DNA of 64,000 nucleotides. Origin: Vicugna vicugna. Taxonomy: Eukaryota. Where the stretch lies: positions 2,354,909 to 2,418,908 of the forward strand of contig MU057560.1 in assembly GCA_013265495.1 (NCBI GenBank), read 5' to 3'. This document shows, piece by piece, positions 47,860 through 58,748 of this stretch. The position numbers and the translations under genes were made by a program. Within the stretch, counting starts at the first letter, position 1. Every line of letters starts with the position of its first letter. The notes under the pieces are model-generated. The model saw only the letters and a list, made by a program, of their open reading frames with translations. It ran no database searches and had not been told where the DNA came from.

Positions 47860-48050
47860 ACCAAGTCAGAATGATAATTCTGCTCTGCCTAGTGCCTCTA
47901 GCGCTGACCTGTACGGACCTGTTCAGGCTTCAAGATAAGCAAGTTTTCCTGAAAGTGTTTCCTCTCCTCTAATACCGGAAGATAAGACAGACTTGGGATA
48001 ACGCAGGCCTGCATGGAAATCCTTGAATTACGGTTATTTAAAAATAGACT
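47860..48050. promoter_or_regulatory. Candidate enhancer: DR4, GATA x2, MEF2
   Basis: TGACCT-gtac-GGACCT 47905-47920; AGATAA 47933 and 47980; TTAAAAATAG 48038-48047. Confidence 0.45.
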
Positions 48051-48377
48051 TTTAAATGCATAGTTACTGATACCTGTTCTCTAGGGAGGTTGTGCTGGAC
48101 ACTGGGAGGGGGGGGGCTGGCCGAGTGTAGCCCCTGCCTCCAGGGTCCTTGACTCTGAGGGGGAAGAGATTGTTTTAACAGCGGTGGCAGACTGTGGGAC
48201 GTGCACGGGTGGCGCCGGGACGTGGCAGTCAGCTGGGGGGGTGCTAGGCTGCTGGAGGGGCGCCGGGCCGCGCAGTCCAGCAGACCCTGGGGGCGCAGGG
48301 GCGGCACACAGCCCCGGGGGCAACGGGCATTTCAGGGTGAGGGGGCGGAAGAGGCAAGTGCAGAGGCCCCGCAGCGC

Positions 48378-48485
48378 AGGTGCGCGTGTGTGATTGTGCG
48401 CCTGCTTGTGTGTGCGCACGTGTGTGCCTGTGCGTGCCTGTGCCCGCCCGTGCGTGTGCCCGTGTACATGTGTGTGCCCGCGTGG
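48378..48485. repeat. CG/TG alternating purine-pyrimidine tract
   Basis: gcgcgtgtgtgattgtgcgcctgcttgtgtgtgcgcacgtgtgtgcc...gtacatgtgtgtgcccgcgtg. Confidence 0.75.
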
Positions 48486-48699
48486 GACGTGGCGGGAAGG
48501 ACCTCTTGGAGGCCCAGAACCTGACTCAAGCCCGATTCCAGGAGACACAGTTGAGTCCCTCAGGTTGATGCCCCGTCTGGGCAGGGTGGGGAGGGTCGAG
48601 GGGCAGTCTGTGTGCAGAGCTGGGAGGGTGTCCATTTGTGCTTTTCGGGAGACACTGGTGGGTTCAGAGAGCTGGGAAGAGAACCGGGGTCACTGAGGG

Positions 48700-49030
48700 T
48701 CGGATGGCGGGGTGCCCGTATTAAATTGCGCGTGAGGGTTTTACTCCGCGGGCTATGGGCTTGGGGCAATGAAGCCGACAGAACGTGGCCCCGCTCTGCG
48801 GCCGCCAGCCTCCCCGCAGGGCTGCCGGCGCTCCTCCCCAGACCGCCGCGTCTCCGCTCTGTCCTGACCGCGGCCCGGGCCTGGCATAGCCGTGCTCACG
48901 GTGGGGTGGGCTCAGCTGGTGCGGGGTGGAACCCGGTGTCACTGCAGCCAGCGCTCCCCTCCCAGTCGGTCCCGGGCTTCCAGTTCAGCCCAGTTGGAGC
49001 TCTGATTAATGAGCGCGGCTAATTAGAACC
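48700..49030. promoter_or_regulatory. CpG-dense patch ending in homeodomain sites
   Basis: High CpG density; TGATTAAT 49003-49010 and TAATTA 49020-49025. Confidence 0.35.
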
Positions 49031-49367
49031 CCGTATTCCCAGAGTCCTGGACATGGCTGGAAGCCAAGCTCGGGAGATGCGGATTCACTGTCAGACAGAT
49101 GGGGGGAGCCGGCTGCCCCCGGGGAGCACCGGAGGCTGGTGTGGAGAGGACGCTGTCTGCCATCAGCCGCGGGGCCCCCGCTCTGCCCAGGTCTGGGGGC
49201 TCCTCCCTTTCGGGCATCGTTCCCACGGCGGCGAGGACAGAGGGCTTCTCGGCACAGCGACGAGGACGGGGGAGGGGCCCTGCGGGAAGCGGGGACCTGT
49301 GGGAGGGACACAGGGACGGCCGTCACAGCCCCTGACGGCCCCGGGCCCTGAGTGAGGTCACCTTGGA

Positions 49368-49521
49368 CGGTGGTTCTCAACCGCAGCTGCTTGTCAGAGC
49401 CTCCCAGAGAGCTCCCACTTCCCCACTGTCCAGGCTGCACTGAGACCAGGCTGCTCAGGATTGCGGGGCCAGCCCGGCTCCAGGAACGGCGGTCACAGCG
49501 TAGCCGAGCGTGAGACCCCTC
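49368..49521. mobile_element. MER5A1/MER5B-like hAT MITE
   Basis: Termini cggtggttctcaaccgcagctgc and gtagccgagcgtgagacccct resemble MER5 inverted termini. Confidence 0.6.
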
Positions 49522-50304
49522 CCCGAGGCCAGCGGGTCTGTGTCGATGCCACGACGTGTGGGCGGAAGCGGCCCAGGGACCACCCCACGCCAGCCTGGCC
49601 TGCCTGTCGCCCCGGAGTCCCGGCCTGAGAGCTGAGGTTTCCCGGGTCTCACCCCATTGCCCTCCTGGAGACTGGAATCTCCACCAGCACAATAATTGTG
49701 CTCATCCATCCATTCTTTCCCAAACGCCCGTTTAGTGCAGACCACCTGCCATGGGCTGGGAAGGGGTCCGAGCCCCAAAGTGGATGAGACCAGCCCTGGA
49801 GACAAGGCTCCCAAGGAGGGCACAGATGCAGGGCTGTAAGCTCAGAGCACAGGTGGCCTGAGTGGAGGGAGTGTGTGGCGAAGGATGGGGTGAGTGGCAA
49901 GGGAGCGGGGGGCCTGGTGGGGACAGGGAAGACGAAGCCTCCAGGAGACAGAGTGTCTGCACCGGCTGTGGCTGCTCCAGGAGCCAGACCTCCAGCCCCG
50001 CCTGAGACGAGCATGACCTGCGGGTGGACGTGCGGGGCGGTGAGCAGGAAACCACTTGGTGGGCTGGTGGGCTGGGCACTGGTGTAGACAGGGGAGGCTG
50101 GAGCCCGGTTGGGCTGCTGTGTGTGCCAAGCTGGCGGTGTGCAGGTGAGGGTCACAGGCCCATGGCACAGCCTCGCTTCGCAGGCCCAGGTCCCACATGC
50201 AGGCCTGGGTGCTGGCGTCTCCCCTAGGAGGGCATCTGGGGGCAGTGGGGAGAAAACCAGGAGCCATGTCACATGTTTCTAACAACTCACCAAGTCTCCA
50301 CACG

Positions 50305-50415
50305 ACCTCTGTGGTAGCAGCGTTTTCCCAGATGGGGACACGAAGGCTCGAAAGAGCTAATGACTTGTCTCCGAACACAGATGCAGCCAAGCCAGAGTCC
50401 AGAATCAGCTATTTG
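50305..50415 (-). mobile_element. MIR fragment
   Basis: gttttcccagatggggacacgaaggctcgaaagagctaatgacttgtc. Confidence 0.6.
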
Positions 50416-51924
50416 CCTGAGGGGCCAAGAACTAATGCCCCAGACCCCAGGCCGAGAGAAACCCCTAGTCCAGAGAGAACTGTGACCTGGACCATCTCCC
50501 TGGGAAGCAGGGCCCGGCCGTGGGCCAGGTCAGAAGCAGGAGGAGGGAGAGCCTGTCCCAGGACAGACCTGGGGTTGGAGCAGGGAGCAGGCAGTGTGTT
50601 CCCAGCAGGACTGTGGAGAGCGGGAGACCGCGGGGCTCGGTCAGGCACCTGGGCACGGGAGCTCAGGAGTCCCGGCAGGACTGGGGCATCCCTGCAACCT
50701 TGGGGGCATCCATCCCCTGGGCCCTGCCGTCGGTCCACAGTAGGGAGGCAACATGAACCTGCATACAGCACTGCCTCACCTGCCTGCACAGCGCCAGCCT
50801 GCTGCAAAGGCAGCCGGTCCCCGCAGGTGTTCAAGGCATTTGTCCAGAGCGTCACAGAAGACCTGCAGTTGTGCCGTGTACTGGGTGGGAGACAACAGCG
50901 CCACTTGGTAATCAGAGGTTGGTTGGACGCAACAAAACCCAGTAGCTTAAGAAGAAATGGTCATCTTCCTGTTTTCTTTTCCCTCCAGAAGAACTTGGGT
51001 TTGGTGAAGACCCCTCATTGGAGGTCCCCACGGAGCTGAGAAGCACCTGTCCCTTTGGGGTGGGCGTGGGGGCTCTGAAAGGGCTTGGTGGTGGCCACTC
51101 CAGGAGCTTGATAAACGGGATCTCAAGCCACTTTCAGACTTTACAAAGCGACTATGTTTGCTTCCCATCAGCAGTGCCAGGGACACTTCTGCCAGGGCTG
51201 GAGTTTGATCAAAGATACCCTGGAAATCACTGAGCCATCAGATAGCACTTCCTGGTGACACTGGGCCAGACTCATGGCGATAAAGCCTGGGGGAGCCAGT
51301 GGCCATGGGCTCAGTGCTCGATTACACCGCTGGACAGAGGTCTGCCTTCAACACAGCAAGCGGACACCCTGGCTGCACCCCCATCCCCAGCAGGGCTGCC
51401 TCGAGCTCCTGGCTGACATCACGTCATGCTGTCAGTCCAAAAAGTGACCAATAGGCCATCCGTGTAACGTGGATGCCCTATTACCCTCATGAAGCACTCA
51501 TGCCTGGACACGTAGATTTAAGGAAGAATGTGGAGGGGTCCCAGAACACTGGAGAAACGACTAGAACTTCCTCCTCATTTCTTCCCTTCCAGGTGCCTCT
51601 CTGTCATGCTGTCACCAAAGGCCCTTTATCTCTCCCTCCCCTTGGAACCTCCGGCTGGTTCCCTCTCTTTCCCCCTGCGTGCCGGCTCCACTCCGCCCCA
51701 GGCTTGCACAGATCACCTGCCTCTGCCTGTTTTGATGCTCATCAAAGCAGAATGCCCAGAAAATCAATAGGTCTGCTTCACCAAGGACACAGCAGGGTGT
51801 CCGTGCCTTTTGTTCTGCTAGAGTAGCCCCTCATGGGCAGACGGAGATCCCCAGAGACCCCGAGGAGACCCCAGCCCGGCCACGGTGCATCTGAAGTGGC
51901 AATTGCCCCCCCTACGGTTGCATC

Positions 51925-52120
51925 TTGCCCTGACTCTACCCGTTCTGGTCGGACCATTGGTGGGCACCAGCCAGGCTAGCGTCCCGGTCACCCTTCGTGG
52001 GACGGTGTGACCACGTGACTGAAGTGTGGCCCTTGTGGGGCAAGTGGTTCTCCTCCAGGGCCCGGTGCATGTAAAACCCCGGTGGTGGGGTCCTCTGTGC
52101 TCTTTTCTCCTGTCAGTGCA
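51925..52120 (+). mobile_element. Old MLT1 (I/J-like) fragment
   Basis: ggtgtgaccacgtgactgaagtgtggccc resembles gtgtggccatgtgactaagttctggcc. Confidence 0.45.
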
Positions 52121-52519
52121 CCCTGCGTGCTGATGCGCCCGGCGATTGTGAAGTCATGGGTTTAAGACGGAGGAAACCCGGGCGGAGAAGCCAGGCTGGA
52201 GGATTGTGACTGAAGCTCAGGGCACCAGCCTCCCACCAGGTGTGGAGAATCACACATCTGCCTGCCTCAGTCCTTACGCACTGGGGGTGGCATTTGTGGC
52301 AGCAGATGGCATTTCCTGACTTTGGAGAGAAGCTGATCAGGACTTCCATTTTCACCAGTTCACGCACTTTGAGGCTAAACTCTCCACCAAGGGCACTCAG
52401 ACCTCTAGCAGAAACCATTTCCCTCGTGCACGCTCTAGACTCTCAGTCAGCATCCCTGGATACCCAGACCCCCTAGTCCGCACCCACCACACCTGGATGG
52501 ACCCCCAGTCTGCACCCAA

Positions 52520-52600
52520 CTTAAATCAATCCAGCAGATGTTCCTCAAGGACTCACTGCTACCAGGAGCTGTCCCAGGCGCTTCTGGTAGACTCAGGAGC
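52520..52600 (-). mobile_element. L2 tail fragment
   Basis: aatcaatccagcagatgttcctcaaggactcactgctaccaggagctgtcccaggcgct. Confidence 0.45.
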
Positions 52601-53094
52601 AAAACTGACCAAGCCCCCACGTCAGCCGGCTTTGCACTCTGGGCTCTGCGTGCGGGGGTCTGTGCGCTGAGAAAACGCACACCCTCGGAGCCCCGAGGGG
52701 CAGCGCTCGGCTGAGGAATCGGCGGGAAATGCAGCCACCTCTGTGTCAGGGGGCCTGGAGAGGGCCCTTGGGTAAGACAGCAGCTCCTGACGCACCGAGG
52801 GCTAGGGTGGTCTCCTGGGGAAGGGCCACGTGGGCCCCAGGGCTCGTGTGGCCATGGCTGGGCCTTGACCGCCTTGGCAAGTGTGGAGGGCCTTTGAGTG
52901 GGACGTGGCATCCCCGGGGAGCGGCCGGGCCGGGTTCTTGTGTGTGGTGGGGGCTGGGAGGGCGCCTGGGATGGTGTGCCTGGCGCTCAGCTCCACCAGC
53001 CTGTCTGCTCCACACAGAGGCGCCTCGTGTTCCGCGTGGGGCTGTGGTGGGCGACTCCCCCTCCCGCGTCTCCTTGGCTGTACCGACTGGGGAG

Positions 53095-53381
53095 GGGTCT
53101 TCATTTGCTTATTACCAGCAAGTCCCTGTAGGCTGGTCACACTTCGTACCTTACCTGGCGCTTATTTCCAAAAAATGTGCTCGGAGTCCGAGTATGAGGA
53201 ATCCTCGCCCCTCCCTCTCCCTCCCCCGCTCCCTCTCCCCAGGGTCTTCATTTGCTTGTTACCAGCAAGTCCCTGTAGGCTGGTCACACTTCATACCTTA
53301 CCTGGCGCTTATTTCCAAAAAATGTGCTCGGAGTCCGAGTATGAGGAATCCTCGCCCCTCCCTCTCCCTCCCCCGCTCCCT
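53095..53381. repeat. 147-bp tandem duplication of unique sequence (copy 1 53095-53241, copy 2 53242-53381)
   Basis: Copies differ at only two aligned positions over 140 bp (53111 a/53258 g; 53146 g/53293 a). Confidence 0.97.
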
Positions 53382-54099
53382 TCCCCCCTCCCCCACCCTG
53401 TCTCACTTTCTCTGTTGCTTTTTATAGAAGAAACGGGCTCCAAAGATCATTTCAAGCCCTTTCATGCGAGAGATCCTTTCCACAGGCAGAGATGGGCAGA
53501 AACCTTCTCATTTCTGTCTGGTCCCCGGGCCAGAGGCGACGGAGGAGCCTGTCAGGCTGGGGAGGGGCTCGCGGGCCCTCATGCACTGGGGTGGCCTGGC
53601 TCGCTCGGCTGACAGTGAAAGAGGCTGGAGCGGCTCGGTGCCCTGCCCCTGGCTGTCACAGCGGCACGCGGCCTGGTGGAAAGGTGTCTGCTGGGAACGG
53701 CCGGCTCCCCTTGGAAGAGGCACAGACCTCCAGTGCGGCCTGCCTTCTGGTGAATCTGCTTTCCCAGCACGTGTTATGTGTTTGGGGTGTCAGATTGTCC
53801 CCCGCTGATGCAGGCAGGGTTTCCCATCTGAGTCCCCAGCCTTGACAACGTACCCTGGGCCCCGGACTCCACGGGCCTGGGCACCCGCGTGCCCGCCCTG
53901 GTGTCTCGGCCCTCCAGGGTCAGGATGCGGACAGGCAGACGCGTCCTCCCCACGACCTCCACAGTGTGTGCAGGACGAGCCCAAAGCAAACGGAGAGGTG
54001 GCTTCAGCTGCTTGCCAGGGGCCTCTGGGCCAGAACATGGGGAGCCCTGCGTGCCCCACACTGTCTGAGCACAGAGGTGCTGGTGAGGGGAGCTGGCCG

Positions 54100-54190
54100 T
54101 CTGAAGCCTCAGTTTCCCGTCTGTAAAACGGGAAGATTAAGGCACACAAATGAGTGCAGCTTTTGTGGGTTATGTGAGGACCGCGTGAGA
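54100..54190 (+). mobile_element. MIR core
   Basis: gcctcagtttcccgtctgtaaaacgggaagattaag...gggttatgtgaggac. Confidence 0.8.
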
Positions 54191-56399
54191 AGGTCTGACC
54201 CCGGCAGGACCCGGGCACGCAGCAGACGCCGATTCCCGCGTGTGTGCCGCAGACAGACGCCAGTGCTGCTGAGGATGAGGCTCTGAGCCTCGCTGTGTGC
54301 CCAGATGCTGTTGAGAGCCGTTCTAGAGCTTTCTAGGGAATTCGGACCATAGTGAGAGACCTCTCCAGTGGCACAGCCTCTCCCAGTGGGCGGGGTCTGG
54401 CGAGGGTGGAGGAGTGACCACAGAGACCCCGGGCCCCCCGCCAGCAGAACTGTGCTCCCCACCCCGTCAGAGACGCCCCCACAGGGACACGCCTGCCGTG
54501 TTTCTTCCTGAGACGGCGTCCGCCCGGGAGTTCCCCGCCCACCCCCGGCAGCGCGGGCCCACGGCCGCCCCGGGACAGCTGTGGGTCACACGCACTCAGA
54601 GGTCCTGGGGCAGAGGGTGTCACAGGCCACCCTTCACAACTGCTGATCAGTGGGCTGCTCTTTTCTGCAGCCCCGAGACAGAGGGGATGCAGCCCGCAGC
54701 CCCACACTCGTCTCCTTGGGGGCCTCACCTCCCCCTCTTGTGCGCTTTCTCTGTGAAAGCTTGGTGGAAAGGCAGTCACCTCCCCGCTGATGCGCAGGTA
54801 ATGCCGGCCACCGCTAATTCGATTTTCTCAAGACTGATGACTCTGATTTAAAGGAAAGGATTGGCAGAGTGCAGACCCAAAACCTCCGTGCAGACCCCAG
54901 AGAGCAGCCGGCACCTTCCTGTCTGGGGTTCGTTTTGCATAAAACCAAAACTCCACCTGGGATTTATCTCAGGACAGAAAATGTGAGTGAACCCTTTTCT
55001 GAAATGGAAGCGTTGTTAGGAGGCGGAGGACGTGGCGCTCGTGGGGTCACCCCCGTTTACGGGCCTGGGGCTCAGGGAGGCGGCACAGCTGACCGGCCCC
55101 TCTGTGGAGCGTGTGCCTGGCGGCTGGCTCGCCCTGCCAGGAGGAAAGTGGGTCTGATGGATGGCCCTGGCCTTGGTGAGAAATAGGTTAATGCATCATC
55201 TCGCGCAGGCTATTGGCACTCAGATAGCAGCGGGGACAGGGAGGAAGTCTCCCACAGGGCCCTTCAGGCTCCGCTTGTCGGAGGACCTTCCCACGTCCTG
55301 TGAGGTGACCGCCTCCCACCTTCCCAGAAGCTGCTTTCAGGCCCAGGATTGAGGCCTGTGGTCCGTGCACCTCCCAGGAGGGTCTCAGGTGAGCCTCTAA
55401 GAGGCCCATGGTGTCCAGGGGTTACCGTGACTCACTGCAGGTTGGCAAGGCCTTTCCTGATCACCCCACCTTGGGGAGGTGTGCTGAGGCCCCGAGGCCC
55501 TGGGTTCTGCCTGCAGAGCCTTCAGGGCCAGGGTCCTGAGGGTGGAGGTGACCAGTGTCCCAGAGCGAGGCCCAGGCAGGAAGCACTCAGGGGAGCAGGC
55601 CCCCCGCCTCCACGCTGCTGGGCTCAGCACAAACCAGGCCGGGCTACACCGCCTGGCGGGGGGACCCGTGGGGGCCAAGTGTGGCACGGGTGCGCCCAAC
55701 CCAGCTCTCACCCCACCACGAACACTCCCCGCCCACCGTCCTCTGGACTCGGACTGAGGGCGTGGACAGAGCCCCTTGGGCCCATCCATCCTGCCTGGCC
55801 TGCGGCTCAGCTCCATGTCACCAACCCCCCGGCTGCCTCAGGCTCCAAGCTAGCCTTCCAGGTGGAAACCTAAGTCCAGTTTTGAGACTCACTGCCTCGG
55901 GTCGGGAACTGGAGCCCCAACCCAGCTCCAGGTCAGCTGGTGGCCTGTTCAGGGCCAGCAGTAGCCCTTAGACCGTGGAGCTCCATCCTTCTGTTTAACG
56001 GGTGTCTGCTTCGTATCAGGCACCCACCGGAGGCGGTGACGGGGGACGACAATGCCCCCGGAGCGTGATGGACAGGCACGCGCAAAGAGGACAGAGCAGG
56101 GACTGCCGTTTCTGCCCAGAGGGGACGACGGGAGCCCCAGGGAGGGGACGTTTGGTCCTGGGGGAGAGCAGCCCTGGCAGTGACGGGCCCGAAACCGGCC
56201 TGAGGGGGTGGGGCGAAGGGGGAGGGGGAGGACTGCTCTCAACGGGACAGCTTGAGAGTGGGAGCTGTGCACTGCAGTGCTGGCTGGACAGGTGCCCGCT
56301 GGCTGGGGCGCTGTCTGGACATGGTGGGGACAGGATCATGGGGCCGCGTGAGGCTCAGGGAGGAGCCCTGGAGTAACTGTAGGGCCTTGGCTGCTGCAG

Positions 56400-56560
56400 A
56401 AGCCACCTCCAGTTCATCTGGAAATCCTCTGGGCTCCATCTTCAACATCAGGCCATACGAGCAAATCCGCCCTGCCTGTGAGTCAGCACCGTGGTCAGCA
56501 CCTCCATCAGCACCAGGACAGCCGGCGATTGTCCAGGCTTGTCTGCCAGCTTCAACTCTT
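56400..56560 (+). mobile_element. L2 fragment
   Basis: cacctccagttcatctggaaatcctctgggctccatcttcaacatc...accgtggtcagcacctccatc...ggcttgtctgccagcttc. Confidence 0.6.
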
Positions 56561-58262
56561 TCCACCTGGTGACGTCGCTGCCAGCGCTCAGAGGGACCCT
56601 GTAGAACCCACGGTACATCTGTCACTGCACTGCAGGGCACCCCCTAGGGCTCCCGTCTCATGCACAGACAGCAGAGCAAATCCCGAGGCTGCAAGCCCTC
56701 GCGGTCCGGCCCTCTGGTCTCAGACCCATCCACGCCTCTCCCTCTGGCCACCCTCTGCAGCGAGGATGGCCACCTGCTGTCCTGGAGCACGCAGGGCAGC
56801 TCCTCACGGGGGCCTTTCCTCCTCTAGTCGTGGTGGCAACAGCTGTGATGTGTTCCTCACCTCCTCCCAGTCTTGGAGCAGAGGGTGCCTTCCTGATTCA
56901 CACGCAAGGTGTCCCATGGTTCCTGGTGAGGGGAAAGGCTTGCTCAGGGTCCCACAGCCAGTGAGGGAGGCAGTGAGCACTGTGGACAGAAGAGGAGACG
57001 CAGAGACTGAGCCAGGGCCCCAGTCCCAGCCCCTCGCCGAGCAAACACCACGGGGGGGCTGCAAAGACCCACAAGGACCACACAGTCACAATACCCGGGG
57101 CACGTGACAGGTTGTGTGATGCTCCAATGGCAAGTGATGACGCGGCCACTCGAAGAGGCTCACTGATGTCGGGAAACTGACGTCGGGAGCGGGAACACTC
57201 TTGGCGATGAGGGTGCGCGTGCGCCTCAGTTTACAGAAAACAAAGTCAGCTACGCTTTCTCTGTTCTCCAGCCAAACGTCTACGTTCTCTGTATGATGAA
57301 ATTCGATACTGTATTTTACAGCGAATAAGCCCGTGGACATGTTACAAATACAATTTTGAAGCACATGTTATAAACTGCGTAGGTTGAGATGATTTCGTGT
57401 TTGATGGCTTATGTCTAATTAGTACGGTTAGATCACAGATTAGGTGCGGCGGGGAGTCGGGCGGAACTGCCTTCCTCCTCAGACTCCACGGCTCCTGGCC
57501 TGTGATTCTGCCACGGCAGGAGTCCAGTGACTGTGGCAGGAGGAGAGGACGAGCCTGGGGGCCCACGTCTGCTGTCTGGAAGGAGCAGCGTCCTGCGCCC
57601 CACAGGAGTGAGCGCTGAGCATCCTGCTGTGGGGACTGGGGAGTTCCGAGGGAAGTGGGTGGGGAGGGAGGGGCGAGGTGGGTGGGGTGGACGGGCACCA
57701 AGGCAGCACCGGGCCAGGGCAGCTGAGGGAGCGGTCGGGGGGCGCATGTGGACGCAGCAACCGGCAGGGGGAGATGGAGAGCGGGCAGTGCTGTGGGGAA
57801 GGTAGTTCTGAGAGAACCAGGATGCCTGGGTGGTGGAAACGCTGCAGGGCTGCCAGGCAGAGCCACGCCTGCCCCAGGGAGCCTGGACGTGGACTTGGGA
57901 GGAGTGGCTGGCTTGGGGAGGGGGTCCACTGAGAAGACCTGGGCCTGGGGTTGAGGTCTCACCTTTGCCACACTCTCGGAACCAGCCTGCTGGGGTAACA
58001 GGAGCACTTAGGGAGTTAGCAAACAGAAATGCCTTCCTCCTGCCGGCACAAAGTTGACACACTTACATCCGAGGACAAGAACTTCAGTTAAGGTGCTGGC
58101 GGAAAACCAGCGGGCGGTGGTCATAGTGGTTTAGCCAAGTGGAGAGGAGAGAGCCCCAGGCCCCCCCAGACCCCGAGGCACTGCCTCCTTCGCTCCCGTG
58201 GGTGGTGGTCGGGGCGATGGAAGAAAAAGGCTGCATTTCCCCCCAAAACACTCCATTGCCAG

Positions 58263-58748
58263 TGTTAATGAAAATCAATAAACAATGATAAGAATAGAAA
58301 AGAGTTTTATTTGAGCCAAACTGAGGCCCGGCCTGGAAGCCCGCTTCCCAGGTGACTCTGAGAAGCTGCTCCGGAGAAGCAGGGTTTCCAGCGCTGTTTC
58401 CTATCTTGTCAGAACAAAGAGCACTTAACAAGCCAGGGTTACGTTTCTTCAAGGTTTCAAAAAAAAAAAGAACAGACAGCACCCAGCGAGCCAGCGCGGC
58501 CCCGACACCCGGGAGGGGCCCCACCTGCGGAGGAGGCCCAGCGCCGGAGTCACGGAAGGGGGGCCTTTCATCTTCATTTTTAACACGGACCTTCTTTACT
58601 TCTGGTCAACGTGCCCTTTGCTTTAATAATCAAAGCAGGTGGACAGTGTATGTTTGAGGGGCCACAAACCAGCTGCTTAGCATCAAATTCCAGTGAATAA
58701 ACTGGAATGACTTTCCTATGTCTCAATATGTGAACATTTCTTTTATCA
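58263..58748 (-). mobile_element. Solo ERV LTR (ERV1-like, cetartiodactyl family)
   Basis: TG...CA termini (tgttaatgaaaatc...cttttatca), 486 bp, near-matching 4-bp flanks ccag/tcag, minus-strand AATAAA at 58306-58311; body resembles a recalled cetartiodactyl LTR. Confidence 0.8.

Noticed and set aside
53290-53306. ataccttacctggc resembles the 5' end of U1 snRNA
   Set aside because: Similarity is only about 12 nt and simply reflects complementarity to a 5' splice site; the rest of U1 is absent
57086-57364. Minus ORF with HHTENVDVWL, vaguely like the hAT transposase HTEVRWLS motif
   Set aside because: Single weak motif, no terminal inverted repeats found; at most an unclassified old repeat
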